A program made the position numbers and the translations under genes. A DNA stretch of 64,000 nt, taken from contig JBEKCB010000024.1 of the NCBI GenBank assembly GCA_050015075.1, positions 1-64,000 on the forward strand, read 5' to 3'. Source of the stretch: Candidatus Brocadiia bacterium (GTDB lineage Bacteria; Planctomycetota; Brocadiia; CAIUPP01). Below the pieces are notes generated by a model. That model was given only the letters and a program-made list of their open reading frames with translations. It was not told the DNA's origin and made no database searches. Below, piece by piece: positions 10,566-20,113 of the stretch (its first letter is position 1; each line of letters begins with the position of its first letter).

Positions 10566-12523
10566 CGGACCACATTAATGCCCTTGCCGCTGGCTGGTGG
10601 ACGTGGATGCTGCCGATGCTCTGGCAGACGGCGCTCCTGGCCGGGCTGGTCTGGGCGGCGGACCTTATCCTGAAACGCCGAGGCTGGCCGCAAGTGCGCT
10701 ATGCTTTGTGGCTGCTGGTCGTGGCCCGGCTCGTGATTCCGCCGTCGTTTGCACTGCCGACGAGTCTCTCAGCGCGACTTCTCCACTCGCACGGCAGAGC
10801 CGTGGCGGCGATTCAATCGGCGGCGCTCACCCCGAGCGACTCAGTTGCGGTCATGGCGCCGATTCAAGCCACCTTGACTTTGCCGGCGCTGCCGCATGCG
10901 ACGTTGTCCACCCAATCGTGGGCCATGCTTTGCGCAACCGCCGCCAGCCTTTTTTTCATGGGTTGGCTGCTCGCTCGGCTCCTGCGGCTGCGCCGGCTGG
11001 TGCGCCGCGCGGGTGAGACGCCGATTCCCGAGCGCGTCGCTGAAGCGTTCGCGCATCATGCCGTTCAATTCCACATGCGCCGGCCGCCGCGAATGGTCTT
11101 GACGACGAGCGTTCAGAGCGCAGGCGTTTGCGGCGTCTTTCAATCGGTTGTGTTATTGCCCGAATCCTATTGCGAGCTGTCAGATGAACAACTGGGACAC
11201 GTATTCGCGCACGAGTTCGCGCACCTGAAACGCGGCGACCTCATCGTCAGTGCCATCCAATCGCTCCTTTACATCGTTTACTGGTTCAACCCCGCCCTAT
11301 GGCTGGCGGGCCGGCGGCTGCGCGACTTGCGCGAAATCTGCTGCGACGCGGCCGTGTCGGTCCGGCTGCGCGAGCGGACGCGCGAGTACGGCCTGACTCT
11401 CTTGACCGCTGCCGCGCGTCACCGGCAGGCCAGGCTCGAGCCGGAACTGGGCCTTTTGGGCCTTTTCGAGAATCCCGCGTTCCTCCGCCGCCGGATCGAG
11501 TATCTCGCCCATCCGGCGTGGAAGCATCGCCGGTTGCGCTGGATTGCGGCGGCGGCCGCAGCCGCGCTGGTAACGCTGTTCGTCATGCCGATGGCCGCCC
11601 TGAAAGCCGAGCCGGCAACCGATGCGAACCCAACGGCAACAAGCATTACGGACATGAATGCGAAAGTCGCCCAGTTGAACCTGGAAAAGGCCACGCCCGC
11701 TGACATCATTCGCCTATTCGGCGAACCGATCTTCTACAGGAACTCGGGCCCCAAGCCCATCACGAAAGACAATCTGCCTAATTCGTACATTATGTATTAC
11801 AACAACGGCTTTTCTGTGGTAATACTCAACCTCCAGGTCTGGGAACTGCACTTCAGCCAAAAAAGTGACTATGTTTTCGGCGACGGCTTGCGGGTCGGTT
11901 CGAGCCTGGAAAAGGCGCTGAAAGTGATGGACGCGCCCGACCTGACCGTTGATCTCAAAGGCCGCGACTTGCCCGGCACTCCCGATGGCGTGTTATTCAA
12001 GAATGGTTCACAAGGTGTGGGCTACTACGCTCGGCAGGAACGCGGCGTGAAAATATACTTCCGTAACGACGAAGTATACCTCCTCTACGTCACTCGCAAG
12101 TCGCAAATAAATCCGCGGCCGGCCGACCAACTAAAGATCAGGACCGTTGAGCGCACCGACTATCCTTTCGTGGATGATCCGGCGGTTCATGGCAAATGGT
12201 TGTCCGTGGACTATGTAAAGACGATCGAGGAATTTCGTCCTGGTGAAAAACAATGGCGGAATAGCTTGTTTCTCACGGAGATGAGCTTCCTGGACGACGG
12301 CAAGATGGTGGTCGCGTTCGATAAGAGCAGGCCGCCCGCTCCCGCGCCCACGTGGACCAAAGGTCTCGTCCTGTCAAAGAATGAGCATATTGCCTCCGCT
12401 TACACCATCAAGACGCTCGACGGAAAGAAATACCTCTTCTACGAATGGAAGACCTACGACGACGTCTTTGTCGCCATGAAACCGTATTATTACGTCCTGA
12501 CGCAGGCCGGCGGCGGGAATTGA
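10562..12523 (+). CDS. BlaR1-like peptidase M56 with an unrecognised extracytoplasmic C-terminal region
   Basis: RYALWLLV, HEFAH, YWFNP and REICCD motifs; ATGA overlap with the repressor. Confidence 0.9.
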   Translation: MTDHINALAAGWWTWMLPMLWQTALLAGLVWAADLILKRRGWPQVRYALWLLVVARLVIPPSFALPTSLSARLLHSHGRAVAAIQSAALTPSDSVAVMAPIQATLTLPALPHATLSTQSWAMLCATAASLFFMGWLLARLLRLRRLVRRAGETPIPERVAEAFAHHAVQFHMRRPPRMVLTTSVQSAGVCGVFQSVVLLPESYCELSDEQLGHVFAHEFAHLKRGDLIVSAIQSLLYIVYWFNPALWLAGRRLRDLREICCDAAVSVRLRERTREYGLTLLTAAARHRQARLEPELGLLGLFENPAFLRRRIEYLAHPAWKHRRLRWIAAAAAAALVTLFVMPMAALKAEPATDANPTATSITDMNAKVAQLNLEKATPADIIRLFGEPIFYRNSGPKPITKDNLPNSYIMYYNNGFSVVILNLQVWELHFSQKSDYVFGDGLRVGSSLEKALKVMDAPDLTVDLKGRDLPGTPDGVLFKNGSQGVGYYARQERGVKIYFRNDEVYLLYVTRKSQINPRPADQLKIRTVERTDYPFVDDPAVHGKWLSVDYVKTIEEFRPGEKQWRNSLFLTEMSFLDDGKMVVAFDKSRPPAPAPTWTKGLVLSKNEHIASAYTIKTLDGKKYLFYEWKTYDDVFVAMKPYYYVLTQAGGGN

Positions 12524-12771
12524 TCCAGCGGCGAGAAAGTGTTTCTTGCCCCAGCGTTTCTGGTCAATATTCCCGCAGTATTCCGGCTACATAAATCCTG
12601 TTCCTGATTGACATGCGCAAGGCAGCGGGGTAGCTTGCCCGCATGCGAAGGTGGGGGAAAATAGGGTTTATGCTCCGGAATTCCCCCGAAGTCCTTGACA
12701 ACTCCGTGTCGTCGCACCGTGGGCTATTGCGCGATGATAGATAGGCTCTGCTCCAGTCGTTCTGTTTGCCC

Positions 12772-13008
12772 CTATGGTCGCCCAGTACCATTGCACGCCA
12801 TACACTTATACCCCTTGATTTTCCCCGTTCCATGACAGCGCCCGCACCTCTTTGGCTGCTCAGAGCGCGGCTCGCTTTTGTGCAAGAGGTCCCACTCCTT
12901 TATACGGCATTCCGAACACAAATTGCGATCGAAGGGTAATCTTGTCACACGAGCCTCCATTGGCTTACCACAACCATCACAATTCGACGGATTTCTGAAT
13001 TCTTCCAT
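12772..13008 (-). CDS. Small Cys-rich zinc-finger protein with DnaJ-like CxxCxGxG repeats
   Basis: CDGC, CSEC, CGRCHGTG and CMACNGTG; AAGGAG before ATG 13008. Confidence 0.65.
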   Translation of the reverse strand: MEEFRNPSNCDGCGKPMEARVTRLPFDRNLCSECRIKEWDLLHKSEPRSEQPKRCGRCHGTGKIKGYKCMACNGTGRP

Positions 13009-13061
13009 TGTCGTCTCCTTGCCCACCCCTGCCGGAAACTGGGCGGAAACTGGGGACACAA

Positions 13062-13209
13062 GGGGCTGTTGAAAAATGCTCATTGTCATTCCCGCGAAGG
13101 CGGGAATCCAGAGCCGCGCGCGGAAAGCCTAGATTCCCGCTTGCGCGGGAATGACCGAATGGAGATGCGCGCCGGAGTTAGCGCGTCGGACGCCTTTTTC
13201 AACAGCCCC
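13062..13209. mobile_element. 148-bp MITE-like element
   Basis: 15-bp TIRs GGGGCTGTTGAAAAA / TTTTTCAACAGCCCC; direct repeat ACACAA on both flanks; internal ATTCCC-N8-GGGAAT pair. Confidence 0.8.
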
Positions 13210-13458
13210 ACACAATACCATTCATTCTATCCCCTTTGGTGATCCGGCGGAGTTTGTTGAGCCCGCAGCCGCGACTGCGAGGCCTTTTCTGTCCGTCGCG
13301 ATCACCCATTTGACCTTCCTCGAAAGTTTAATCCATATTCGAACGTTGGATTCTACGCTCAAACTGGCTGCAGTCAGGCGGGTTATTAGAAAATAGAGCG
13401 GGGCCGCTTTTTCGCGGGCGGCAGGGCCTGGCGCGCGCCCTATCACGGCGGCAATGCC

Positions 13459-13668
13459 CTACCAGGGCCGCGTCCGAATTCCGCCGACGGCGAAGGCGTC
13501 GGCGGCGTGATTAATGACGGCCCAGGCGGTGTGGTCGGCCGGGTTGATGCCCCAATCTTCGAGCCGGTCGGGCGTTGAATTAAACGCGCGCAAATGGAAT
13601 GCGCCATCGCCGCCGGCGAGGATTCGCGCGAAATTGCCCTGGCGCCCTTCGCCATCGGCTGACCCTGC
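13459..13668 (-). pseudogene. Fragment resembling the pre-sorting-signal region of PVC surface proteins
   Basis: Open frame without a good start reading LEDWGINPADHTAWAVINHAADAFAV. Confidence 0.4.
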
Positions 13669-13691
13669 TCATTCCGCGCTTTCCATTTCGA

Positions 13692-15599
13692 TCATCCGCT
13701 CGCGTTCACGCAGTGCGCCTTTACGAACAGGGCGATCAGGTCCGGATCGAGTTCCTTCCCGGATCGGCGGCGCAAGCCCTCCATGGTTTCGCCGTCCATC
13801 GAGCCGGGACCTTCGGCCCGGTCCGAGATCAGCGTGTCGCAGGCATCCGCCACGGCAAGCACTCGGGCCCCCAGCGGAATGTCCTTGCCCGTCAGTCCGT
13901 CCGGGAGTCCGGCGCCGTCGTATCGCTCGCGGCAGTGGCGCAGGCATTCCGTTTCCAGGTCCAGGACGCGCAACCCGCAGGCGAGTTCCTCCGCCGCGTT
14001 CGCGGGCTCTTGCGCGGCGTCCGTCCGCCTGGAGCCGTCCTGGCGCTCTCGGGGCGGCTCCGGCCCGGCGGCCGCGCCGGCGATGACGTGGAGCAGGGCG
14101 GCGTTGTGCAGGGCCTCGAGTTCTTCCGGCCGCATCCGCGCCGCGCGGCCCAGCTCCATCGCGAAGATCGCCACGTTGGCCATGCGCCGCTGCAGCGATG
14201 GGTTGCGCCGGCACCAGGATTCCAGCAGCGGCCGCAGCGCCTCGACGTAGCGTCCCTTGGCCGGGCCGCTCAGCCGGAGCAGGTTGGAGCGCAGTTCGGC
14301 GAAGTTCTGCCCTTGCAGCACCTGGGGCTGCACGTCCGCACCCAGGAGCGCGGAGTCCCAGACGCAGACGTTGTTGCGTCCGCGCCGTTTGGCAATGAGG
14401 AGCGCGCCGTCGGCCCGGCGGCAGAGTTCCTCTTCATCCTTCATATCGTCGGCGAGCGCGGCGACGCCGGCGCAGACCGTCAGGCGCAGCGCGCCCTGGC
14501 GCGTGCGGATCTCCGTGGTCCCTACGCTTTCCCAGATGTGCTCCGCGCACCGCGCCGTTCCTTCCAGGTCCGTGCTGGGCAGCAGGAGGGCGAACTCCTC
14601 GCCGCCATATCGCGCCACCATGTCCACCGCGCGAGTGGCCCCGCTGACGATGCCGGCGAGCGACTTGAGCACCTCGTCGCCGAGCAGGTGCCCGTAGGTG
14701 TCGTTGACGGTCTTGAAGAAATCCACGTCAATCATGATGCAGCCGAGCTGCTCGCGATATCGCCGCGCGCGCGCGAACTCATACCGCAGCCGCTCGTGGA
14801 AGAACCGGTGGTTGTAGAGGCCCGTCAGGTTGTCCGTGATCGAGAGATGCTTGAGCTGGTCGAGGAACTGGCGGCGCTCGGTGACGTCGCGCACGATCCC
14901 GATCAGGCAACGAGTGCGGCCGGAGCGGTCGCGCAGGACCGAACAGGACATGTGCGAGGGAAAGACGGAGCCATCCTTGCGCCGCGCCGGCAGCTCGCCC
15001 TGCCAGGATTTCCCCGCTGCGCCCGCCGCGAGCATCCCGCGCGCCTGCTGGTCCGGCCTGTCCTCCGGGAACAGGAGTGTGAACGGCTGGCCGATCACCT
15101 CCTCCGGCCGGTACAGGAAGGTCGTCTCGACCGCCCGGTTCGCCGTGAGGATCTGGCCGTCCTCCCGCATGGTGATGATCGCCTCGGACGCGTTCTCGAC
15201 GATCTGCTGCAGGATCTGCGCGCGCTGCTCCAGCTCGTGCCGCTGCAGCACCTGGTGGACCACCGCGCCGAGCGCGGCGAGGCTCTCTTCGGACTTGACG
15301 ACGTAGTCATAGGCGCCCTGTTTGAAGGCTTCGGTCGCAAGGCGCTCATCGCCCTCGTCGGAGATGACGATGACCGGCACGTCGAGCCCCTGCTGAATGA
15401 TCCACTGTTGAAGAGCCAGCCCGTTGGCCTCGGGCAGCGAGCAGTCGAGCACCACGCCGGCAAAGGCCTGCCGCTTCAGCCGTTCCCGGGCTTCCTGCGC
15501 CGTCCGCGCGTGATGCACGCCGAAATTTTTCCTGAGCGCGTGCTTAACGATCAGCGCGTCCGTCGCGCTCCCCTCAACCAGCAGAATCGCTTGTTCCAT
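13692..15599 (-). CDS. REC-PAS-GGDEF diguanylate cyclase with degenerate HD-GYP domain
   Basis: DNLTGLYN, RAVD I-site and RYGGEEF; C-terminal HCRERYDGAGLPDG lacks the HD dyad and GYP. Confidence 0.9.
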   Translation of the reverse strand: MEQAILLVEGSATDALIVKHALRKNFGVHHARTAQEARERLKRQAFAGVVLDCSLPEANGLALQQWIIQQGLDVPVIVISDEGDERLATEAFKQGAYDYVVKSEESLAALGAVVHQVLQRHELEQRAQILQQIVENASEAIITMREDGQILTANRAVETTFLYRPEEVIGQPFTLLFPEDRPDQQARGMLAAGAAGKSWQGELPARRKDGSVFPSHMSCSVLRDRSGRTRCLIGIVRDVTERRQFLDQLKHLSITDNLTGLYNHRFFHERLRYEFARARRYREQLGCIMIDVDFFKTVNDTYGHLLGDEVLKSLAGIVSGATRAVDMVARYGGEEFALLLPSTDLEGTARCAEHIWESVGTTEIRTRQGALRLTVCAGVAALADDMKDEEELCRRADGALLIAKRRGRNNVCVWDSALLGADVQPQVLQGQNFAELRSNLLRLSGPAKGRYVEALRPLLESWCRRNPSLQRRMANVAIFAMELGRAARMRPEELEALHNAALLHVIAGAAAGPEPPRERQDGSRRTDAAQEPANAAEELACGLRVLDLETECLRHCRERYDGAGLPDGLTGKDIPLGARVLAVADACDTLISDRAEGPGSMDGETMEGLRRRSGKELDPDLIALFVKAHCVNASG

Positions 15600-15858
15600 C
15601 TTTATGCCCTCTCGGCAGTGCGAGGGTCATATCGGGCGTCCCGTCCGGCCCCTGCATGAACCAGGTGAGCATCCGAGTTGAGGCCGCCACGGAGATCGCC
15701 GCCTTTTGCCTGCGACGGTCGCCCGACGCGGCCGGGCTCCGCTCGACAACGATTGCGCCCAGTCGTTCCCGCGAAATCTCCGGTCTCAGTCACTGTCGTC
15801 TACCCTCGCCCATTTCGAAATCATCTCTCGCTGGGGCGGAATCTTCATTTCAGCAAGC

Positions 15859-15874
15859 TGCAAAGCCAGTGCCG
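15859..15874 (-). promoter_or_regulatory. Putative sigma54 (-24/-12) promoter for the cyclase gene
   Basis: Minus strand CGGCACTGGCTTTGCA (GG-N10-GC); AT-rich tract upstream. Confidence 0.55.
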
Positions 15875-16147
15875 CTGCATGAGCGCGAACCTAATTAATA
15901 AATACGAGCATAACCGCAATATTGATGGAAACTTGCGACGGCGGTTTCAATTTGAGCCCCGCAACCCGCAATGCTTCTTGGAGCGACATCGTAGCAGAAA
16001 GAAACAGTTACTGATCGAGCTTCGCGGAATATGGCTGCGCGTGCCGCCCGGCCGCGATGGCGCCGCTTGCCCGTGGAACGCAATGAAGAATATGCTATAG
16101 TGTTCGGGCCGGCCGAGAAGTTCCGCCGCACAATGGAGGACGTTCCA

Positions 16148-16510
16148 GTGAAAACGGACTGCCGGTTTCGAGCCTTTGAGCATGTGCGCTTGAAGCGGGA
16201 GTTCGACCGCGTTTTTCAGGAAGGGCGCGCTTTTGAGCTTCGCGAGATAAGCGTCCGCGCCCTGCCGAATGGACTCGGCCACGCGCGGTTGGGATTATGC
16301 GTCGGCAAACGGCATGGGAACGCGGTCCGGCGGAACCGCATCAAGCGGCTCCTTCGCGAGGCTTACCGCCTCAACCGCCATGGGCTGACCGTCCCGTGCG
16401 ACCTGGTCATCGTGCCGCGGACGACTTGGCGGAACCTGACGCTGGCCGAGATCGAGCCGGTATTCAGAGAGGCCTTGAGCAGAATTGGAAAGGTCTTCGC
16501 CCCTCGGTAG
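16148..16510 (+). CDS. rnpA: Ribonuclease P protein component
   Basis: [28 protein letters not shown]; GGAGG 8 nt before GTG. Confidence 0.95.
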   Translation: MKTDCRFRAFEHVRLKREFDRVFQEGRAFELREISVRALPNGLGHARLGLCVGKRHGNAVRRNRIKRLLREAYRLNRHGLTVPCDLVIVPRTTWRNLTLAEIEPVFREALSRIGKVFAPR

Positions 16511-16511
16511 C

Positions 16512-16721
16512 ATGTTGATCGCCCTGGTGCGGGGCTATCAGAAGGGTCTCTCGCCGCTGCTGGGACCCCGCTGCCGGTTCTATCCCTCGTGCTCGCAGTA
16601 CATGATTGAGGCGATTCGGACGCGGGGCGCGATTCGAGGCGTGTTGAAGGGAATTTGGCGGCTCCTGCGCTGCAACCCGTTCAGTCCCGGCGGCTATGAC
16701 CCGGTCGAGAAGAAGGGCTGA
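16512..16721 (+). CDS. yidD: Membrane protein insertion efficiency factor
   Basis: [26 protein letters not shown]. Confidence 0.95.
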   Translation: MLIALVRGYQKGLSPLLGPRCRFYPSCSQYMIEAIRTRGAIRGVLKGIWRLLRCNPFSPGGYDPVEKKG

Positions 16722-16756
16722 CCCGTCCTTGCGCCGGTCCCGACGGCCCCAGCCGT

Positions 16757-17221
16757 CTACTCCGGTTCCGCGGGCGGGTGCTCTTTGGGCTTCCTCTTCG
16801 GGGCTTGCGCGTCGTGCTGAGGCAGTCCGCCCAGCGGATCCGAGATACCCAGGTGAATAGTTCCGGGTCCTTCGGGTGACGGCCGTGCGTAGTGGAGGAA
16901 CGCTTTCAAGCACTCCTTCCCAAAGCGATCGGAACGCATCTTCTTCCCCCTAGAGCACTTCGCGGTTCGTCAATCGCCCATCGGCTAGACTTCGTATCCC
17001 TCGGGCAGCCAGCAGGTTCTTCGGGAATTGGGCTCATAGAGCATATAAAAGCGGAAATAGCGCCACGGACGAAGATACCCGTGTCGGTCGTACTCGGTCG
17101 GTTCCTCGGCGACGACGCCGAGAATCACTTCGTTCTGCGCCACTTCATCAGGCTTCTTCATCCCGGTCTCCTTGACGCCTCGTTGTCCTGCGACCTCCAG
17201 TTCAGCAAAGCGCATGCCCAA
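16757..17221 (-). pseudogene. Possible interrupted hypothetical gene
   Basis: Two same-frame ORFs (16985-17221 and 16757-16939) separated by in-frame TAG and TGA. Confidence 0.3.
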
Positions 17222-17408
17222 CGGCGCATCTCCGCGGCATTGCGGAGCGCCGCCGCATTAACTATCGTGGGACAAGGATTTCTGATTAGCGCAAAATCGC
17301 AGGTTTATGCGATTCTGGCAGGCGGGATGCGTGGAAACGACGCATTATCGGACTTGGCTGTATAGTAAAAATACATCGAGGTATGGCGAAACTGCTACGG
17401 AACTCGCC

Positions 17409-18728
17409 TCAGAGCGTCTGAATCGCCTGCGCCGTCACCGCATCGAACCGCCCCTCGCCGCCGAGCGTCGCCAGCCCGAACCCGCCGGACTTCCGCCCCT
17501 CGGTCGCGCAGCTCAGCACCCACTCATCGTCCAGGTAGACATCGGCGAATCCGCCCTCCACCCAGAGCGACACGCGGTGCTCCTCGCCGGTCGCCAGCCG
17601 GCAGGGCGCGCGCGCCAGCAGCCGCCCGCTCACCCCGCGGCGCAGCAGCACCGCCCGCGCCGCGAAATCGAGCCACAGCGTCACGTTGTCCGACCCGGTC
17701 ATCGTCGTCCGGAACAGCACCCCCAGCGCCTTCGCGCCCAGGCTGCGGACCTTCAGCGTCAGCCGGAAATCCGTCCCGTAGCGCGGCAGCACCCGCGCGA
17801 GAATCTCACCGCTGCTGAGCGCCATCTCCGTCTGGAACAGCGTGCGCCCCAGCAGCCCCAGCAGCCCGTCGTAGAACCGCACGAACGGCCGCCCGTCGGC
17901 GTGGAATTCCAGCAGACCCGGCCTCGACACCGCCGCGCCGCCGGGCCGCGCCGGCTCCGCGCGGCCGAAGAACACCAGGCGCCGCTCGCCCACCCGCACC
18001 GCGTGCACCGCCGTCCGCGCATCCCGCGCCACCAGGTCCGGCTCCAGGCGCTCGTACGGCCCTTCCAGGTGCGGCGCGATCGCGAACCGCAGCCCCAGCA
18101 GCCCGCCCAGCTCCGGCGTCGCGTAGAAAAGCACGTGGCGTCCGCCGTCGCTGAAAATGCTCGGCGCGACCATATCGCTGAACAGGTTCGGCGCGAAGAT
18201 CGGCGGCTCGGTGCTCCAGGTCCGAAGGTCGGGCGAAGTCGCCGACCCGACGCAGCCGCGCCGCTCGGGATCGCGGCCGCTCTTGCGGTGCGCGGAAAAG
18301 AACGCGCGGTACACCGCCTGCGCCTCATCGTGGAGAATCGTCATCTCCTCCGGCGCGGGCAGCCGTTCGTACCACGGCTCGTCGGAGAACTGCGGCCGGA
18401 ACCGCTCGTTCAGCGACAGCCGCCGGTCGCCGGCGGCCACGCCCAGCATGCGGCCTTCCGGGTCGGCGCAGAGCAACTGCCCCTCGCCGGACCGCTCGGC
18501 CGAGCAGATCGGGCGGAGCGGCCCCGCGTCGCCGGCCGGCGCGCTGGCCGTCTCCCATCGCACCCCGTCGGCCGAGGTTTCCCACGCCAGCCCATCCCTG
18601 GCCGCGCGGAAAATCGCCACGCCCTTCCCGTGCGCGGTGATCGCGATCGGCACGTCCGCCCGAGGCAACTCCGGCATAACTACCCGCCCAAACATAAGAC
18701 AGCGTTTCGTGTCCGCCAATTCATCCAT
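17409..18728 (-). CDS. GH32-like glycoside hydrolase fold protein (beta-propeller plus beta-sandwich)
   Basis: ATSPDLRTWS..PPIF propeller motif; C-terminal VEGGFADVYLDD sandwich motif; catalytic motifs not evident. Confidence 0.6.
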   Translation of the reverse strand: MDELADTKRCLMFGRVVMPELPRADVPIAITAHGKGVAIFRAARDGLAWETSADGVRWETASAPAGDAGPLRPICSAERSGEGQLLCADPEGRMLGVAAGDRRLSLNERFRPQFSDEPWYERLPAPEEMTILHDEAQAVYRAFFSAHRKSGRDPERRGCVGSATSPDLRTWSTEPPIFAPNLFSDMVAPSIFSDGGRHVLFYATPELGGLLGLRFAIAPHLEGPYERLEPDLVARDARTAVHAVRVGERRLVFFGRAEPARPGGAAVSRPGLLEFHADGRPFVRFYDGLLGLLGRTLFQTEMALSSGEILARVLPRYGTDFRLTLKVRSLGAKALGVLFRTTMTGSDNVTLWLDFAARAVLLRRGVSGRLLARAPCRLATGEEHRVSLWVEGGFADVYLDDEWVLSCATEGRKSGGFGLATLGGEGRFDAVTAQAIQTL

Positions 18729-19000
18729 TGTCGCGCAATGCTCCGCCGGCGTCAAACGGCGGGCTCGTAGTGTGCCCGTCCCATCCTTCGTAGCCAACAA
18801 GGCTACTACAGACGGCGAAGAAGGAAGGGCATAGAATGGCAAACGGAACGACTGACCCCGTCAGAAAGACATTACTCCCCGGGCCTTGACCGCGCTATTC
18901 CCAGTGGATAGATGCCGCTTAGGCAATTTGCATATCGCCCGAGGGGGTTTCGCGGACGAAGGGAATAGGCCGTCTTTCCCTGGTTCGCCCCATCACGGTA

Positions 19001-20113
19001 TCAGACTGAGAAAACGTAGTCCATTTCAAACAAGCAGCCTTTGCTCCTCGGCAAGAAGTTCCGTGATTGGCGTCTGACAATCTTGGAACGGGTCGGCTGG
19101 CGAATTACGCGAACCCTCGAGAATGTCGCTCTTATGGACGCCGTCAATCCTCGCGTTATCTCGACATCCTCTAGGCCAATAGCGCCCAGGCGGACAACGA
19201 TTTTTGCGTGATTCGCGAGCAAGGGCGCTATTCCGATCCACGATTCTTTGAGGAACTGCCAGTAATTGTAAACGCCTTCGTGACGATCATCCTTCGATAC
19301 CTGTCCGTAAGTAGGCCGGGGTTCGCCACCGAGGAACCAAAGTCGGAGCCATTGATCCTCTTCGTACCGGGTTACATTAAGATATGGCGGGGAGGTGACG
19401 ACGAGGGCAACCTTGTGGCGCAATTCTTTGAAGCGTCTTGAAACTTGGCGAGCGTCCACCAGTGCGACCTTTCCTCGGGGGCATTCCGGGAGGTCCTGCA
19501 GCCGATGTTCGGCCTTTTCCCTGAGCATGTCGAAGACCTTGCGTTTCTTCGGGAAAAGGCCATTGGCGCGCCAGTAGCGCGTAGAGTAATCCGGTTTAAG
19601 GCAGATGGTGCGCGGCATCTGGTTACTGAAGTATGCGCTGGAACGATCCATCTCGCCATGCAAAGACCCAAGGATAAGAGCTGCGATAAACCGGTCAGCG
19701 CAGGTGCGCCGCCAGGCTAAAGCCGATCGCAAAAACAGCAGTTCACGAAGCGTGGTCGGGTAGAACGCTCGGCGGAAAAAAGGAGGAAGATTCGATCGGG
19801 TCTGCTCCAAGCGCTCATGCGGAACCTGTACATATACTTCTTGGAGCCCATCTATCCTCAGCTGCACCGCATCAAGTGTTGGGCGTTCAGCTTTCGCACG
19901 TGACACACAGTAGGCGACGGGGTTCACATCAGAGCCCGCCGCGTTCCTTCCGGCGAGTAGAGACTCAAGGACCGTTGTCCCGCGCCCGCAGAAAGGGTCG
20001 AAAACCCAGTCGTCCCGCTCGGAATACGACTCGACCTGTTCCCGGACGAAACTCTCCGGGAACATGGCGAAGTAGGGGCAGATGGCGTGGAGGGGTAGTC
20101 TTCGAGCAGTCAT
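19001..20113 (-). CDS. DNA amino-methyltransferase (m4C/m6A, alpha-class motif order)
   Basis: YFAMFP, DPFCGRGTT (motif I), then VTSPPY (motif IV); ATGA overlap with the upstream gene. Confidence 0.9.
   Translation of the reverse strand: MTARRLPLHAICPYFAMFPESFVREQVESYSERDDWVFDPFCGRGTTVLESLLAGRNAAGSDVNPVAYCVSRAKAERPTLDAVQLRIDGLQEVYVQVPHERLEQTRSNLPPFFRRAFYPTTLRELLFLRSALAWRRTCADRFIAALILGSLHGEMDRSSAYFSNQMPRTICLKPDYSTRYWRANGLFPKKRKVFDMLREKAEHRLQDLPECPRGKVALVDARQVSRRFKELRHKVALVVTSPPYLNVTRYEEDQWLRLWFLGGEPRPTYGQVSKDDRHEGVYNYWQFLKESWIGIAPLLANHAKIVVRLGAIGLEDVEITRGLTASIRATFSRVRVIRQPTRSKIVRRQSRNFLPRSKGCLFEMDYVFSV

Noticed and set aside
15890-16030. oriC in the AT-rich tract upstream of rnpA
   Set aside because: No cluster of TTATCCACA DnaA boxes seen
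16892-17365. 157-aa plus-strand ORF
   Set aside because: No recognisable motif, atypical composition, overlaps the minus-strand candidates
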